Part shown: one piece after another, positions 61,301 to 64,000 of the stretch
How positions within the stretch are numbered: the stretch's first letter is position 1
How the letters are laid out: each line of letters opens with the position of its first letter
Notes under the pieces: generated by a model
Database searches by the model: none
Told to the model about the DNA's origin: nothing
The model's input: only the letters and a program-made list of their open reading frames with translations
Assembly (NCBI GenBank): GCA_964631685.1
Contig: CAZVZU010000001.1
Location: 246,366-310,365 of the forward strand
Direction of reading: 5' to 3'
Length of the DNA stretch: 64,000 nucleotides
From: an uncultured Actinomycetes bacterium
GTDB lineage: Bacteria > SZUA-79 > Acidulodesulfobacterales > Acidulodesulfobacteraceae
Made by a program: the position numbers and the translations under genes

Positions 61301-64000
61301 AACAGCGTTTCAATATTATCGAACCGGCCAATCCAACTGGTTTCAATTCCTTATAGGTAGAGTAAAAACAAGGGAAAACATTACATTAGAGAGGGCTCGG
61401 GAAACTGTTTCAATTCCTTATAGGTAGAGTAAAAACTCAAGCGAAAGAGTTAAAAAACAAATTGCCTTTAAAAAGTTTCAATTCCTTATAGGTAGAGTAA
61501 AAACCCAACAGGGTCGCATACCTATCGACATCTTGGTCAGTGTTTCAATTCCTTATAGGTAGAGTAAAAACGCTAGTCATATGCCAACACAAACTTTTAT
61601 TTCATATAGTTTCAATTCCTTATAGGTAGAGTAAAAACCACTCCACGTTATGCAGGGATAAATTGTTATGCTCACGCGTTTCAATTCCTTATAGGTAGAG
61701 TAAAAACGGAAAATATTTGGAGTTCCCTTACGCAACCCTTAACAGTTTCAATTCCTTATAGGTAGAGTAAAAACAAAATCTTCGATTTCTTTCTTTATAA
61801 TTTCGATGAAGTTTCAATTCCTTATAGGTAGAGTAAAAACCCTGAACCTTGATGAGAAGCTCATCAAGGAAATAAGTTTCAATTCCTTATAGGTAGAGTA
61901 AAAACTTAGCGGCAAAGTAACTAACGCCTGCTCAAAGTATGTTTCAATTCCTTATAGGTAGAGTAAAAACTCAAAGGCTAAAGAGACATACTTTAGCCTT
62001 GATCGCGTTTCAATTCCTTATAGGTAGAGTAAAAACGATTTAAAAAATGCCATGAGCCTACTATCCGACTCAGTTTCAATTCCTTATAGGTAGAGTAAAA
62101 ACCTACACTTTTTAAAACCTTGTACTTTTATTTTAGCAGTTTCAATTCCTTATAGGTAGAGTAAAAACTACATACATTTGAAAAAACTAATGTAGATACC
62201 TATAGGTTTCAATTCCTTATAGGTAGAGTAAAAACAGAACATATCGAGCACCTGCAACATAGTCTTCGTAAAGTTTCAATTCCTTATAGGTAGAGTAAAA
62301 ACTTTACATGGAGCGCATTTTCAGAATTTTTAAAGATCTGTTTCAATTCCTTATAGGTAGAGTAAAAACATTATTATCATTAATATTTTTACCCCAGTAA
62401 AATTTGTTTCAATTCCTTATAGGTAGAGTAAAAACCCCGTGTAACCCAGTTAAGCTCATCAAACAGTTCTTGTTTCAATTCCTTATAGGTAGAGTAAAAA
62501 CACTTATTGTTATGTATCAAAACGTAGTAAAAAAAATATGTTTCAATTCCTTATAGGTAGAGTAAAAACTACTTATTGTTATGTATCAAAACGTAGTAAA
62601 AAAAATATGTTTCAATTCCTTATAGGTAGAGTAAAAACCTTGACAGCGTTAACAGCTTCTATCTCCCACCCCTGGTTTCAATTCCTTATAGGTAGAGTAA
62701 AAACGGGATCAAAGCTTTCTAACTTGTCCCTAACACTTTGTGTTTCAATTCCTTATAGGTAGAGTAAAAACGAAGAAGATGCTGTCCAGGAAGAGTTGTT
62801 TCAGCTCCGTTTCAATTCCTTATAGGTAGAGTAAAAACGTTGAATGAAAGGTTGCCGGAGGGAGTCATCTTGACAGCGTTTCAATTCCTTATAGGTAGAG
62901 TAAAAACTGGGAAGCTAAAGGTTATCCCACGACTTTTTAAAGTTTGTTTCAATTCCTTATAGGTAGAGTAAAAACGCCTGTACAAAAGAAAAAGAAAACA
63001 CCATTATTTACGCGTTTCAATTCCTTATAGGTAGAGTAAAAACTTTAAAATATAACGAATATCGAAACGCCCCCCAGCAGTTTCAATTCCTTATAGGTAG
63101 AGTAAAAACTGTTTTTTTGTGTGGACGTCGGGTTTGTTGTGTCTAGTTTCAATTCCTTATAGGTAGAGTAAAAACTTTATAAAAAAAAATACTTGACAAT
63201 ATATATCATATGTTTCAATTCCTTATAGGTAGAGTAAAAACATTGAATGTATAAGCAAATCCAACAAAACGTTTACAAGTTTCAATTCCTTATAGGTAGA
63301 GTAAAAACCAAAAAAAAAAATCATTTTATTATTTTACAATAACATGTTTCAATTCCTTATAGGTAGAGTAAAAACAACATACCTGCATAGCTTAAAAAAT
63401 ATTATTCAATAGTTTCAATTCCTTATAGGTAGAGTAAAAACAATGATAATAATGTTGAAACTCGGTACTTAAAAATGAGTTTCAATTCCTTATAGGTAGA
63501 GTAAAAACTCGAATCTGATTATCCCTGCGAGTTTGTTGATTATGCGTTTCAATTCCTTATAGGTAGAGTAAAAACAACATACCTGCATAGCTTAAAAAAT
63601 ATTATTCAATAGTTTCAATTCCTTATAGGTAGAGTAAAAACCCAGCGTCTACACCTGTAGTCACAATCAAGCCAAAAAGTTTCAATTCCTTATAGGTAGA
63701 GTAAAAACTTTAACGCTTCAATCAAAGGAAAATAAAAAATTGCGAGTTTCAATTCCTTATAGGTAGAGTAAAAACTTTACGATGCAACAGATGTTTCCGG
63801 TTCAATCACATGTTTCAATTCCTTATAGGTAGAGTAAAAACTGTTATGATTTTAACAGTTTATATCCGAGCTGTATGAGTTTCAATTCCTTATAGGTAGA
63901 GTAAAAACCAATGCCGTATAAAACCAACAAACTTATTTTTCCTACGTTTCAATTCCTTATAGGTAGAGTAAAAACAGCAATAAAAACGCCGTTGTTAATA
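55399..64000 (-). CRISPR. CRISPR array, about 128 repeats of 30 bp with 35-39 bp spacers, truncated by the window end
   Basis: Repeat GTTTCAATTCCTTATAGGTAGAGTAAAAAC (+), i.e. GTTTTTACTCTACCTATAAGGAATTGAAAC (-) with the ATTGAAAC 3' tag; degenerate repeats at 55399-55482 mark the trailer. Confidence 0.99.

Noticed and set aside
56756..61940. Recurring taaccgcctgct-like word in several spacers
   Set aside because: The longest exact match is about 12 nt, roughly what chance predicts among about 128 spacers, and the flanks do not align
56825..62762. ORFs 56825-57013, 58031-58213 and 62538-62762 with repeated FQFLIGRVKT
   Set aside because: Translations of CRISPR repeats and spacers, not genes
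55416..64000. Self-targeting spacers against this window
   Set aside because: Only loose resemblance to SD regions was seen by eye; no real match, though a genome-wide BLAST is still needed

Overview
AT-rich bacterial chromosomal window, probably the replication terminus: a 28-bp dif site at 9359-9386 marks a switch in gene orientation. Gene content (sHdr sulfur-oxidation cluster, a charge-poor flagellin, deltaproteobacterial-type housekeeping genes) suggests an acidophilic sulfur-cycling organism such as Ca. Acidulodesulfobacterales; that is inference only. Left to right: radical SAM, priA, IHF/HU, miaB, PHP, TPR and GH57 genes; dif; an orphan CRISPR-linked pair (2TM-SAVED effector plus an insertion-less paralogue of the type III-D large Cas7); a partly decayed flagellin-glycosylation island; fliS-fliD-flaG-fliC; aroK/aroC/folE2; pilMNOPQ; shdrC1B1AHC2B2; dedA; a heme-c diguanylate cyclase; catalase; a III-Dv-like type III-D operon with an HD-less GGDD Cas10 and a Card1/Can2-like effector; and a CRISPR array of about 128 repeats running off the window end. 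Best leads: the dif-adjacent SAVED/Cas7 satellite module, and information read from the spacers themselves (a CCN PAM from an opposite-strand overlap, and synonymous variants of the same protospacers). All calls are by eye; no database searches were run.
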